IMG/VR virus record: IMGVR_UViG_3300042502_001233
Span: 248,001-312,000 of that record
Direction: 5' to 3' (one strand)
Length of the DNA: 64,000 nt
Part shown: in pieces, positions 55,297 through 64,000 of the stretch
Numbering within the stretch: position 1 is the first letter of the stretch
How the letters are laid out: every line of letters starts with the position of its first letter
The notes under the pieces: generated by a model
Told to the model about the DNA's origin: nothing
Database searches by the model: none
The model's input: only the letters and a program-made list of their open reading frames with translations
Position numbers and translations under genes: made by a program

Positions 55297-55600
55297 TTGT
55301 ATGTTTTATTATAAATATACAAAACCATGATAAAAGACTAACACAAAATAGTAATGCTATTATTTTCATATATACTTTTTAACGTTTACAAATATACTAC
55401 ATAAAACGCTAAAATGCAAGTTTTTTTTACGTTTTTTTTAACAGTAAGACCAATTAGATGGGTCATTGTGGTCATCTAATTCATGTTCTTCGTGGTCATG
55501 TTTTTCTTTATTTTTATGTTTATGACCTTTCATAATATTAGACAATCTTTTTTTAATCTGAGTAGATTTTACTATTATGTTTACAAATTTTTTCATAATT

Positions 55601-56629
55601 TTAATTTTTTAATTTTAATAACCATTGTAATTTGGCTTTTATGTTATATATTTTTAAACTAAAACTTTGTAACCATGTTATAAAACCTCTATATTTGTAC
55701 GCTAATTTTAATTTTTTAACAATACCCTTATGTTCGGTAGGCGATACCTTCATAATCCATGGCATCCAACTTATATCATCAGAAGCAACTATTGGAACTT
55801 TAGCTGTTACGAAATCAGCTGTAACAATGTTGAACGATTCAGAAAAAGATACTTGCATACCTATATCCATTTTAGATGCCGCTTCCAAAAATTCAGCATG
55901 TTTATACCATCTATGTTCAACCAACTCGTGTCTAGAATGTTCAAACAACGCTTGAATGTTTTTTAACGCATTGTCACCAGATTGTTCAGTTCTGGTTCCG
56001 TTGATATGAAATCTTAAAGTTTTACCTATTTTTTCAGCAAACTCTATCGCAGCCATCGCTTGTTGGTATGTGTTTTTCATTGGTCTAATCGCACCAAAAG
56101 AACCAATATCAACAAACTCTTTGCTTTTCACATGTTTTTTAGGTGTGAATGGTTTCGCTTTATAAATATTTGGTAAAAAGATAAAATTACCTTCTGGGAA
56201 ACAGTAAGTTAATTGTTCAGTAAGTTCCGTTGTGTTAGGAGCAATTTCAATTTTTAACTCATCGATAGAAGCATATTGTTTTATCCATCTAGTTGCGATA
56301 CCTTCGTTGGCCAAAAATGGTGCTTTTGAATGTAATCTCACAATCCATCTTCTATTTAGATGTCTTTGGATTTGGAACAATTCTTTGAACTTTGCTGGTG
56401 GAACCCAAATAGCTTCAATTATAACCACATCTGGGTTAAATTCAGTCACTACTCTATCAATAGAATTTGAGTCAGGTACTGGTGTAATTTTAGCATCAAA
56501 GTCGTTTTCATTTAGATAATTAACAACAAAACTAGCTGAATTAAATAATCCAGATGTGACACCATAGTAGTCTTTTACTCTGTCGCAAGTTATAAATTGT
56601 ATACGTTTTTTTGGGGTGATTTCGTTCAT
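55601..56629 (-). CDS. Putative GT-B glycosyltransferase
   Basis: FGAIRPMKN...SFSESFNIVTAD...VPIVAS. Confidence 0.6.
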   Translation of the reverse strand: MNEITPKKRIQFITCDRVKDYYGVTSGLFNSASFVVNYLNENDFDAKITPVPDSNSIDRVVTEFNPDVVIIEAIWVPPAKFKELFQIQRHLNRRWIVRLHSKAPFLANEGIATRWIKQYASIDELKIEIAPNTTELTEQLTYCFPEGNFIFLPNIYKAKPFTPKKHVKSKEFVDIGSFGAIRPMKNTYQQAMAAIEFAEKIGKTLRFHINGTRTEQSGDNALKNIQALFEHSRHELVEHRWYKHAEFLEAASKMDIGMQVSFSESFNIVTADFVTAKVPIVASDDISWMPWIMKVSPTEHKGIVKKLKLAYKYRGFITWLQSFSLKIYNIKAKLQWLLKLKN

Positions 56630-56703
56630 TTTGTCGTTTAATAATAAATATAGTAAACGACCTAGAAATAATATTTTTTTTGTGTTAATTTTGTACTATT
56701 TTG

Positions 56704-56802
56704 TGCGAGAGGATGGATTCGAACCACCGACACCTAGTCCCTAGTTGTTCCCTTGTACTTCGGGCTAAAAACCTTAGCGTTTACCAACTTCGCCACTCTC
56801 GC
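56704..56802 (-). tRNA. Non-canonical tRNA-like RNA (Leu-like frame, irregular anticodon arm)
   Basis: Acceptor GCGAGAG/CTCTCGC-A, D arm GCG..GGTAAA.CGC, T arm GGTGG-TTCGAAT-CCATC. Confidence 0.65.
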
Positions 56803-56804
56803 AG

Positions 56805-56886
56805 TTTCTAGTCTTTCCCAGTGTCACCCACTTATAAGCCTCTAGGTTTTTGTTCCTGTTAGGGTAAGGCAATTAATCACAATGTA
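56805..56886 (-). ncRNA. Small structured RNA candidate, paralog of 57789-57890
   Basis: Shared 20-mer ACACTGGGAAAGACTAGAAA plus CCCTAACA. Confidence 0.45.
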
Positions 56887-56887
56887 A

Positions 56888-57535
56888 TTATTTTCTTCCT
56901 TGAACCCAACCTTCGTTTAAGTAGGTTTCAAGGTCTTCTTTTTTAATTTTTTTGTTGGTACCATCTTTGGTTATCCAACATGTACCATATTGACTGTTTA
57001 ATTCGCCAATACCAGTGTTTTTCATTTTTTCTGATATTAATATCTTAGATTCCTCTGAATGTTTTTTACCATCCCAATCGTGAAAATATTTTTTTTCACG
57101 TTTACCTTCTTTATATGCTCTTTTTAAACCGTTAGAATGATTTTGTTTATAATTTATTTTAAATTCTAAATCATTTTCTCTTTTTTTAGCTAAACCTTTA
57201 CCACCAGAACTTGAACATTTAATCATATGTTCTTCACTTGAAAACCCACCTTGACCACCTTCCTTAAGGTTCATACATTTACCATCAGAAATTAATTCTT
57301 TGGTAACTAACTCAATCTCTCTAAGAACTAATTCTTCTCTTGTCGGTAAGAACTCAAGTATTTCTTTGGTATGGTTTTCTACACCATATTTTCTAATTGA
57401 ATATCTGAGTATTTTACCACTCCCCATATAACCATCATCTAGGTTACTTGTGCTATGCATCCCTACATACCATCGTCCAGTTACATTACATGTTGTTTTA
57501 TATATGTAATGTATGTTTCTTTCTTTTCTTGCCAT
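56888..57535 (-). CDS. GIY-YIG homing endonuclease with NUMOD3, inserted in the RNA cluster
   Basis: YIYKTT...WYVGMH...YMGSG; GKKHSEESK. Confidence 0.85.
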   Translation of the reverse strand: MARKERNIHYIYKTTCNVTGRWYVGMHSTSNLDDGYMGSGKILRYSIRKYGVENHTKEILEFLPTREELVLREIELVTKELISDGKCMNLKEGGQGGFSSEEHMIKCSSSGGKGLAKKRENDLEFKINYKQNHSNGLKRAYKEGKREKKYFHDWDGKKHSEESKILISEKMKNTGIGELNSQYGTCWITKDGTNKKIKKEDLETYLNEGWVQGRK

Positions 57536-57592
57536 TTTACTTCTTTCTAAATAAATATCTAGAAATTATAAAAAGTACAAAAAAGTTTAAGG

Positions 57593-57666
57593 TGGAAGTA
57601 ACGGGACTCGAACCCGTGTTCTCGCAACATCAGCCGCTTTATACTATCCTATTGTACTATACTCCC
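57593..57666 (-). tRNA. tRNA-like RNA with G3:U70 and A73, irregular anticodon loop (CTGATG)
   Basis: GGGAGTA/TACTTCC-A, D arm GTAC/GTAT, T arm ACGGG-TTCGAGT-CCCGT. Confidence 0.7.
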
Positions 57667-57788
57667 ATTTGATTACTGTAGGCAATGAATAACACTTATC
57701 TATCATTTATTAGCATCAGATAGAACGATTCTTCTTGTTACCCAACTATCGGTGTCGCTAACGCCTCATGCACTCACACAGTAATCAT

Positions 57789-57890
57789 TTTCTAGTCTTT
57801 CCCAGTGTTTTCAACCATTGCAGTAAGTGCTCTAGAACACTTGCCAATTACCTAACATATAAATCTTGTTAGGGGCTTAACCGTTGGATT
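57789..57890 (-). ncRNA. Small structured RNA candidate, paralog of 56805-56886
   Basis: Shared 20-mer; internal hairpin GCAAGTG...CACTTAC. Confidence 0.45.
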
Positions 57891-57895
57891 TCTTG

Positions 57896-57988
57896 TGGAG
57901 AAGAAAGGGTTCGAACCTTTACAAGCCGCTAAGCTGCCATCCATGACCTTCCTCTGGACTCGAACCAGACTTCTTCCAAAGCTTCTCC
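57896..57988 (-). ncRNA. tRNA-like RNA with two T-loop arms
   Basis: GGAGAAG/CTTCTCC-A; TCTGG-TTCGAGT-CCAGA and AAAGG-TTCGAAC-CCTTT. Confidence 0.65.
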
Positions 57989-58336
57989 ATTTTGAGAGGA
58001 TTAGGTATGGCTCACCCCTCTATAACTGACGTCCTACCTTGACAGTCTTTTTGTTTTTGGTTAAGAATAGGGTTCACACCTAAAAAGAGACTCATGTTCT
58101 CGGAAACCACTTGAGTTTCCACCACCTTTTGCGGCTTGTTAACCGATTTGTCGATGCTCTGGCCACTGCCACCAGTTCTCCCCTTGAAACGAAGTGTTTT
58201 CTGTTAAACTACGCACCATAAGACCTTGCAAGGAATCGCTACTAAGTCGTCGACTACTTTTTGCTAAACTATTCTGATACATTTGCAACCCTAACACCGC
58301 TACTGCGAGGCTAGGAAATGTACCTTAACAATTTTG

Positions 58337-58500
58337 TAGACAAGGCTGAGTTCGAATCAGCATACCCAAACTAGCCACGCTTGGAAAAGGTTTTTAATGA
58401 GCTTTCCCCTTTGCTCCGAGCCGAATGTGTCTATCAATTTAATGTTCACCTAGAACAACCACCCCCAATGAGGTCAGCTTGACTTTTCCACCACTTGTCT
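58337..58500 (-). ncRNA. Enlarged (164 nt) tRNA-like RNA
   Basis: AGACAAG/CTTGTCT-A; T arm GCTGA-TTCGAAC-TCAGC; D arm GTG...AGACAC split by an insertion. Confidence 0.6.
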
Positions 58501-58761
58501 CCTATCTGTACCCTACATAGATTGGGTAAGCGACCTCTGTCACTTCCTATCAACAATGCCATCCATGTTTGGCTATAGTGTATAGACATACCAAGTCTAA
58601 TTGGTTTTGATTACATCTCCTAGCCGCTAAGCCTGATGTCGCGTGCCAGACCTTACTGGCATAAATGGTGGTTACACTACTGTTGAATCAGAACAGATTT
58701 TTTTTTACATTGCAAATATACTACTTAGTTTTTATACTTGCAAATTTTTTTTAAACTTTTT

Positions 58762-59016
58762 TTATTCACACCAACAATTATTTCTATCATACCCACAACT
58801 AGGGCATTTGTTGGCGCTTTCTCTTTCGTGTTCTTTACGTCTGGTTTCAGCGTCTGGAACCCATTCACCGATTTCTTCATTGTACTCCATTCCTTCATAA
58901 AAACCACCTTTGGTATTTGATGAAAAGAATTCTCTGTTGGTCATTAAACCTTGTTTTCTGTGATGGTCATCCCAAAACGTGTCATCTTCGTTATACGCTG
59001 GATATTTGTTGCTCAT
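58762..59016 (-). CDS. Small hypothetical protein (Cys-rich C-terminus)
   Basis: ORF track. Confidence 0.6.
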   Translation of the reverse strand: MSNKYPAYNEDDTFWDDHHRKQGLMTNREFFSSNTKGGFYEGMEYNEEIGEWVPDAETRRKEHERESANKCPSCGYDRNNCWCE

Positions 59017-59020
59017 AGTA

Positions 59021-59686
59021 CTATTTTTTTATTTCTACCACAATTGGTTTGTTTTGCACTTGGTAGTTGAAGTTAAGTATTGATGCGTTTACAAACACCC
59101 CACCATCTGGAAACTCAAACTTACCGTATGCTTCGTGGATATGACCACACACAAATAGCTTTAGGTTGGTCATTTCAGCAGACTTCTCCAATAAATAAGG
59201 ACAGCCAGTAGATACACCTCTAGTTGTCATATCCAAGAAACCTTTCATTGGACCATGTGTTATAAGCACATCGGTATCCAACGGTATCATATCCCAATGT
59301 TGACATATATCAGTACCCATTCTATTAAACGCCCAATCATAAAACCATGGGGTGACTCCACTACCATGAAATTTTAACCCTTCAATTTCTACATTAGTAT
59401 CATGTAAATAAATTATTGTTGGGTATTTTTCTTGTAACATTTCGTTGACAGCAAAAGTACTAACTTTTTCAAACCAAAAATCATGATTACCTGGAATAAA
59501 AATTTTGTATTTATAATTTAAAGCATTATACCAACTTAAGAAATCTTCAACCTCTCTTAGACTTCCTCTTCCAGATATATCACCAGCGTGTATTATCATG
59601 TCAATAGAACCATCTTTATTATCTAACCAATCTGGCGGTATGCGGTGATGTATTGAATGGGTGTCACTTATACATGTAATAGTCAT
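59021..59686 (-). CDS. Metallophosphoesterase (MPPED/239FB-like)
   Basis: SDTH, HAGD, GNHD, THGP, GHIHE. Confidence 0.9.
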   Translation of the reverse strand: MTITCISDTHSIHHRIPPDWLDNKDGSIDMIIHAGDISGRGSLREVEDFLSWYNALNYKYKIFIPGNHDFWFEKVSTFAVNEMLQEKYPTIIYLHDTNVEIEGLKFHGSGVTPWFYDWAFNRMGTDICQHWDMIPLDTDVLITHGPMKGFLDMTTRGVSTGCPYLLEKSAEMTNLKLFVCGHIHEAYGKFEFPDGGVFVNASILNFNYQVQNKPIVVEIKK

Positions 59687-60543
59687 ATTTCATTTATTTT
59701 TTCTAAACATGTGATACTTAAACATTCACTCCATCCTTCAAATGGTAATTTAGGCATCACTTTATAATTTTTATATTCTTTAATTAATCTTTTCTCCATA
59801 TCATAAATTTTAGATGGGTTATCCTCGATTAATTTTATTATTTCAAACTGGTAATTTTTTAAACTTCTATAACGTTCTTTTACAGTATTAGATGTAATAC
59901 CAAATTTTATAAATTCTTCGTTTTTATTAAAAACCCTTAAAATATAAAAAAAAGCTGTTTTACCTTTGGTTTTTTTTAACCATGATTCTTTACTAAAACC
60001 AACACTTCCACATTTTTTACAACCATGACCACATAAATGTGATTCAATTAATTGGTCAAATTCACCATGTATTGGACAATTAATTTTTATTTTAACCTTA
60101 CCATTAGTATAATCAAAAGTTTTATAAGAATAAAAATTATTATGTACTTTATTAGCTTTAAATACGAACAGTTTATATTTTTCAGTACACGTCTCAATAC
60201 TTATTTTAGAACCTTTAAGTAAATCGTAACATTGTGGTGTATATTTAAAACCGTTTACGTCTTCAACTAATAAAGATTCTTTCATTCCATTATAGTCTAA
60301 CAATTTTAATGTTGGGTGTAACAATTTTATCTTTGATTCGATGTATTTTTCTTTATCAACAACTGATTGAATATTAAAAGATGATTTTAATAAATTATAA
60401 CCATTACTTTTTCGATAAAGCCAACCATCACTATCTTCAACTATTATTTCAGAGGTAACATTAGTAAATTTTACTATTTTAAAATTTGGGAATTTTTCAT
60501 TAAATTTATTAATAAAAGATTCATTTGCTTCTTTATGTTTCAT
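59683..60543 (-). CDS. Homing endonuclease, CPIHG repeat plus GIY-YIG-like C-terminus (related to 13394)
   Basis: FYIL...FIKFGIT...F.GWSEC. Confidence 0.75.
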   Translation of the reverse strand: MKHKEANESFINKFNEKFPNFKIVKFTNVTSEIIVEDSDGWLYRKSNGYNLLKSSFNIQSVVDKEKYIESKIKLLHPTLKLLDYNGMKESLLVEDVNGFKYTPQCYDLLKGSKISIETCTEKYKLFVFKANKVHNNFYSYKTFDYTNGKVKIKINCPIHGEFDQLIESHLCGHGCKKCGSVGFSKESWLKKTKGKTAFFYILRVFNKNEEFIKFGITSNTVKERYRSLKNYQFEIIKLIEDNPSKIYDMEKRLIKEYKNYKVMPKLPFEGWSECLSITCLEKINEI

Positions 60544-60572
60544 ACTAATAAATATCTAAAAATATTTAAAAG

Positions 60573-60614
60573 TCAAATTTTATTGTGTGTATCACTTATG
60601 CATGTTATTTTCAT
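60573..60614 (-). pseudogene. Stranded 5' end of the 59021 phosphoesterase (MKITCISDTHNKI*)
   Basis: Matches MTITCISDTHS. Confidence 0.85.
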
Positions 60615-61834
60615 TATGAAAAATTTTCATTATCATTTTCAAATGAACCACCAGCTCCAGAGCCTGAGAAGTCTCCACCCCCAAATCCTCCTTCGAATGA
60701 TTCATTATTATTATTCATTGATTCACCGATAATACCACCAATCAAATTACCACCAACAACAGTTCCGATTAACGCTGAATCGGTTATATAACCAATCATC
60801 GCTGATTCAACAAAAGAATTATCATTATCAACAGTAACGTTTGTTGTTTTGGTTTGACCAGTATTTTCTCTATGTTTAAAATAATTTTTAACATAGGTGT
60901 CGTCTTTGGTTATATATAAACCATTTTTGTCTTTTTTATTAATGGTTTTTGCGATTGGTGTGAATTCAGTAATTCGTTTTAAGTATTGTCTACTTTCTAA
61001 AGACCCATGCCAAATGTGATACAAATCACCTTTAACATAACCTAATTTACCTTTTGTTTTCTTAAAGAATTTTTTAGACCATTTGGTTACAGCATCAATA
61101 TCTTCTGTAAACGATTTAGCGATACACTTATGACAAATATGACCAGCAGCAGCATGTGCCATAATATGGTCAGCACCACCTACCAAAGCTTTGTCATACA
61201 AAGGTATTTTATCTAAAAGACTTCTTTGAGCACCCCATGCAAAACCAACGTGACCGTGTTTATCATAGTTGTGGTCATCTGAATAATCAGTTGTAACATA
61301 GTTGGCAGCGAAGCTTCTCCACAATCTAGGATGTCTAACTGGTGGTTCACATCTCATATGGTCTTTAGCTTCATGTAAGTTAAAGTCTGGTTCGTATTGG
61401 TCTTTTTCCAAATGAACACAATATTCAAACAATTGAACAATTTGTTTTTTCTGTAATTCGTCAACGGCATCTACCAACCAATTTTTGTTTGTGAATAACA
61501 CATCAGCATCAACCCACATAACATATTTAAAAGAATAAGGTAATTTTTTAATCAAACCGTTCAATAGCGTTTCTTTGTGCCAAAGAGTTGTTTGTGTGTG
61601 TACCAAGCTAAAATTTAAGTTGTCATGGTTTAATTCTGGTTTTGAATCACCAATAACACATTCCACAATTCTATGGTTTAAATGTTTTATTGATTCGTAA
61701 AATTTGTTGAAAGCGATTAACCTATAAGGGTTATTCTCAGGGTTAAAATAACAAGCGATGATTACCGCTTCTGGGTGGTTCACATATCCTGTGTTTGTTT
61801 CCCCGAATAAAAATTTTTTGAAAAAATTATGCAA
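60614..61834 (-). CDS. GT-A-like glycosyltransferase with Gly-rich C-terminal tail
   Basis: WHKETLLN, WVDAD, GGAD, HIWHG; tail GGFGGGDFSGSGAGGSF. Confidence 0.65.
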   Translation of the reverse strand: MHNFFKKFLFGETNTGYVNHPEAVIIACYFNPENNPYRLIAFNKFYESIKHLNHRIVECVIGDSKPELNHDNLNFSLVHTQTTLWHKETLLNGLIKKLPYSFKYVMWVDADVLFTNKNWLVDAVDELQKKQIVQLFEYCVHLEKDQYEPDFNLHEAKDHMRCEPPVRHPRLWRSFAANYVTTDYSDDHNYDKHGHVGFAWGAQRSLLDKIPLYDKALVGGADHIMAHAAAGHICHKCIAKSFTEDIDAVTKWSKKFFKKTKGKLGYVKGDLYHIWHGSLESRQYLKRITEFTPIAKTINKKDKNGLYITKDDTYVKNYFKHRENTGQTKTTNVTVDNDNSFVESAMIGYITDSALIGTVVGGNLIGGIIGESMNNNNESFEGGFGGGDFSGSGAGGSFENDNENFS

Positions 61835-61893
61835 GTTATTTTCATTATCTTTTATTTTTTACAAATATACTAAAACTTTTATTAATCTGCAAC

Positions 61894-62691
61894 TTAAAGA
61901 CCGCTATTTTTACTAATATAACGTTCAGAAGCCGCAACCACAGCTTCTGAATACCAATCATCATAAGCTTTTTCTATGAATTCATATATAATTTCAGTCT
62001 CACCAATAAAATAATTTTGCATTTTTTCTTTGGTCAAAGGTCCTCGGCCAATCCATGTTACAACCCAATTCCTTGTCCCCATAGTTATAACCAACTCTTG
62101 GAAAAATTCTTGTATTTTGTTTTGTATTACGTTCTTGCTATACCACTCATACAATAAAGTTTTGGCGTGTTCAACTTGTTTATATGTATCCAAAGATAAC
62201 TGAGTATCAAATTTTTCAGAAAGCTCTTTATATTTAACACCAGATTGATAATTTTTGATATACCTTTCAACTCTAGGTCTAATTATGTATTCGTTATAAT
62301 ATGAATGAAAATAAGCTGTGATAAAATCTGGGCTGTATTCTTTCTTTCTATTAAAATGTTTTAACATAACTTGTAACCCATTAGTCGCACCGTATTTATC
62401 ACCAACACTATTTAGATAATCGTACAAATCTTGAGTTAGTTTTTCTTTAAATTTTAAATACCACCCTTTTACTATGTCAAAAGATGAAGTTTTATCATCT
62501 ATGTAATAGTTGCCAATTATTACATTGAAACGATGTGTGATAAAATAATCAAATTTTATTTTTTGTTTGGTATCTTTCTCAACTACCATAACATCTATGT
62601 TGTCTAGCATTACGGTATAGTTTCTATTTAAGAATTTTACTATAAACTTTTCGTCTGTCATTTTTATAATCTTTTGACTTAAATATAACAA
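61894..62691 (-). CDS. Hypothetical protein
   Basis: ORF track. Confidence 0.65.
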   Translation of the reverse strand: MLYLSQKIIKMTDEKFIVKFLNRNYTVMLDNIDVMVVEKDTKQKIKFDYFITHRFNVIIGNYYIDDKTSSFDIVKGWYLKFKEKLTQDLYDYLNSVGDKYGATNGLQVMLKHFNRKKEYSPDFITAYFHSYYNEYIIRPRVERYIKNYQSGVKYKELSEKFDTQLSLDTYKQVEHAKTLLYEWYSKNVIQNKIQEFFQELVITMGTRNWVVTWIGRGPLTKEKMQNYFIGETEIIYEFIEKAYDDWYSEAVVAASERYISKNSGL

Positions 62692-62713
62692 AAAACCTTG
62701 ATAAAATCAAGGT

Positions 62714-64000
62714 TTAAAGATTAATTAACGACAAATTTATGTTCTTTTTCTCAACATCTACACTGGATACAATCACATGAACCATGTCCCCAAGTCTAAT
62801 CTTGTGACCTGTGTTATAACCTTTTACGCAATGATTGTTGGTATCAGCTTGATAAGTATCACCGTTGATGTCTGATAGTTTTATGAACCCATCACATTTG
62901 TTCTCTAGTATCTCTACAAACAAACCGTAATCAGTTACAGAACTCACAATACCTTTGAATACTTTGCCAATGTTTTCACTCATATAAACACATTGCATGT
63001 ATTTGATTGAATCACGTTCTGCTTTCTGCGCCTTCTTCTCTCTTTCAGATAAATGTTGGCATCTGGTTTCAAGCTTCTCAATTTTAGGTAGCGTTGGTTT
63101 GTTCTCCAAGTACAACCCTAACAGTCTGTGTGTTATAACGTCTGGATAACGTCTAATCGGACTGGTGAAGTGGCTGTAGTCTTTAAAACCAAGACCATAG
63201 TGACCAATGTTTTTAGTTGTGTAGTTTGCTTTCTGCATTGTTCTCACAACCAAGTTGTTAATCATATCTTCCTCAGCAGTACCTCTAACATCCAACAACA
63301 ACTGGTTAAGAGTTCTTGTGGTTTCCTCTGGTGTGTCAATACGAATCTCATAACCAAACTGTGAAATAAATTCCTTTAAGTTATTTAATTTATCATCGTT
63401 AGGTTTATCATGTGCTCTGTTTACATTAGGCAACTCTCGTTTGTTTATGTATTGAGCAACATGTCTGTTTGCCAACAACATAAATTCCTCAATCAACTTG
63501 TTTGAGTCTTTGGCTACCTTGAAGTGGATACCAATTGGCTTGTTGTTTTCATCCAACTTGAATTTAACCTCTTGTTTATCAAAGGATATTGAACCTTTCT
63601 TTGAACGAGTCTTACGCATTCTCTGTGCTATCTTATTTAACAATCTAACTGCATCAAACATTTTCTTTACTTCCGTAGCGTATCTCATGCTACTGTCAAT
63701 ATTCATGTTTTTCATAAATTCAAAATCAGATATGTCGGTTTCTCCTTTACCTTCTGATTCAATAATTATTTGTGCTTCTTCATATGTAAGTCTACAATCA
63801 GAGTTAATCACAGTTCTACCGAACCATTCTTCAAGCACATGACCGTTTTGGTCAATCTTAAACACCGCTGAGAAACACAATTTGTCCTCGTTAGGTCTAA
63901 GACTACACAATCCGTTAGACAAGTTCTCAGGAAGCATTGGAACACATCTGTCAACTAGATACACACTGGTACCTCTGGCAAACGCTTCTTTATCCAATTG
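62714..64000 (-). CDS. rnr: Ribonuclease R (RNB + S1), 5' part outside the window
   Basis: RGTSVYL, LIEEFMLLAN, HYGLG...YSHFTSPIRRYPD, S1 domain. Confidence 0.93.
   Translation of the reverse strand, partial: QLDKEAFARGTSVYLVDRCVPMLPENLSNGLCSLRPNEDKLCFSAVFKIDQNGHVLEEWFGRTVINSDCRLTYEEAQIIIESEGKGETDISDFEFMKNMNIDSSMRYATEVKKMFDAVRLLNKIAQRMRKTRSKKGSISFDKQEVKFKLDENNKPIGIHFKVAKDSNKLIEEFMLLANRHVAQYINKRELPNVNRAHDKPNDDKLNNLKEFISQFGYEIRIDTPEETTRTLNQLLLDVRGTAEEDMINNLVVRTMQKANYTTKNIGHYGLGFKDYSHFTSPIRRYPDVITHRLLGLYLENKPTLPKIEKLETRCQHLSEREKKAQKAERDSIKYMQCVYMSENIGKVFKGIVSSVTDYGLFVEILENKCDGFIKLSDINGDTYQADTNNHCVKGYNTGHKIRLGDMVHVIVSSVDVEKKNINLSLINL

Noticed and set aside
56700-58700. Full-length canonical tmRNA or assignable tRNA anticodons
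   Set aside because: No ~350-400 nt element with Ala-type ends, and no regular 5-bp stem with 7-nt anticodon loop could be identified
1203-63842. Many short plus-strand ORFs antisense to real genes (e.g. 2193, 18381, 32815, 37320, 52548, 55632, 63498), and 1203 antisense to 1144
   Set aside because: Shadow frames with no initiation signals or motifs

Overview
AT-rich segment of a large (jumbo-type) phage genome. Almost all genes are on the minus strand and are preceded by Bacteroidota-type TAnnTTTG promoter boxes, so the host is probably Flavobacteriia/Bacteroidota. The main find is an apparent phage-encoded integron-like system: a short IntI-like tyrosine recombinase lacking the IntI insertion (32469-33275), a candidate attI (GTT at 33319) and 16 tandem cassettes (33319-43649), each closed by a TAAC...GTTA hairpin (attC-like). 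All cassette genes run opposite to the classical integron orientation, and five start inside their own attC. Other findings: (1) a 12-unit array of small MORN/YwqK-like paralogs joined by a dual-coding 11-bp overlap, ATGCAAGATAA (20937-23404); (2) four free-standing endonuclease genes, each sitting between a stranded old 5' end and a re-made 5' end of the same target gene; (3) a ~15-kb early-gene block (about 4.0-20.0 kb) rich in ATAAGTTTAT and bounded by GC-rich non-coding elements, resembling a terminal repeat or pre-early region; (4) a cluster of non-canonical tRNA-like and structured RNAs (56.7-58.7 kb) near smpB, rnr and a sigma factor. All calls and counts were made by eye; no searches were run.
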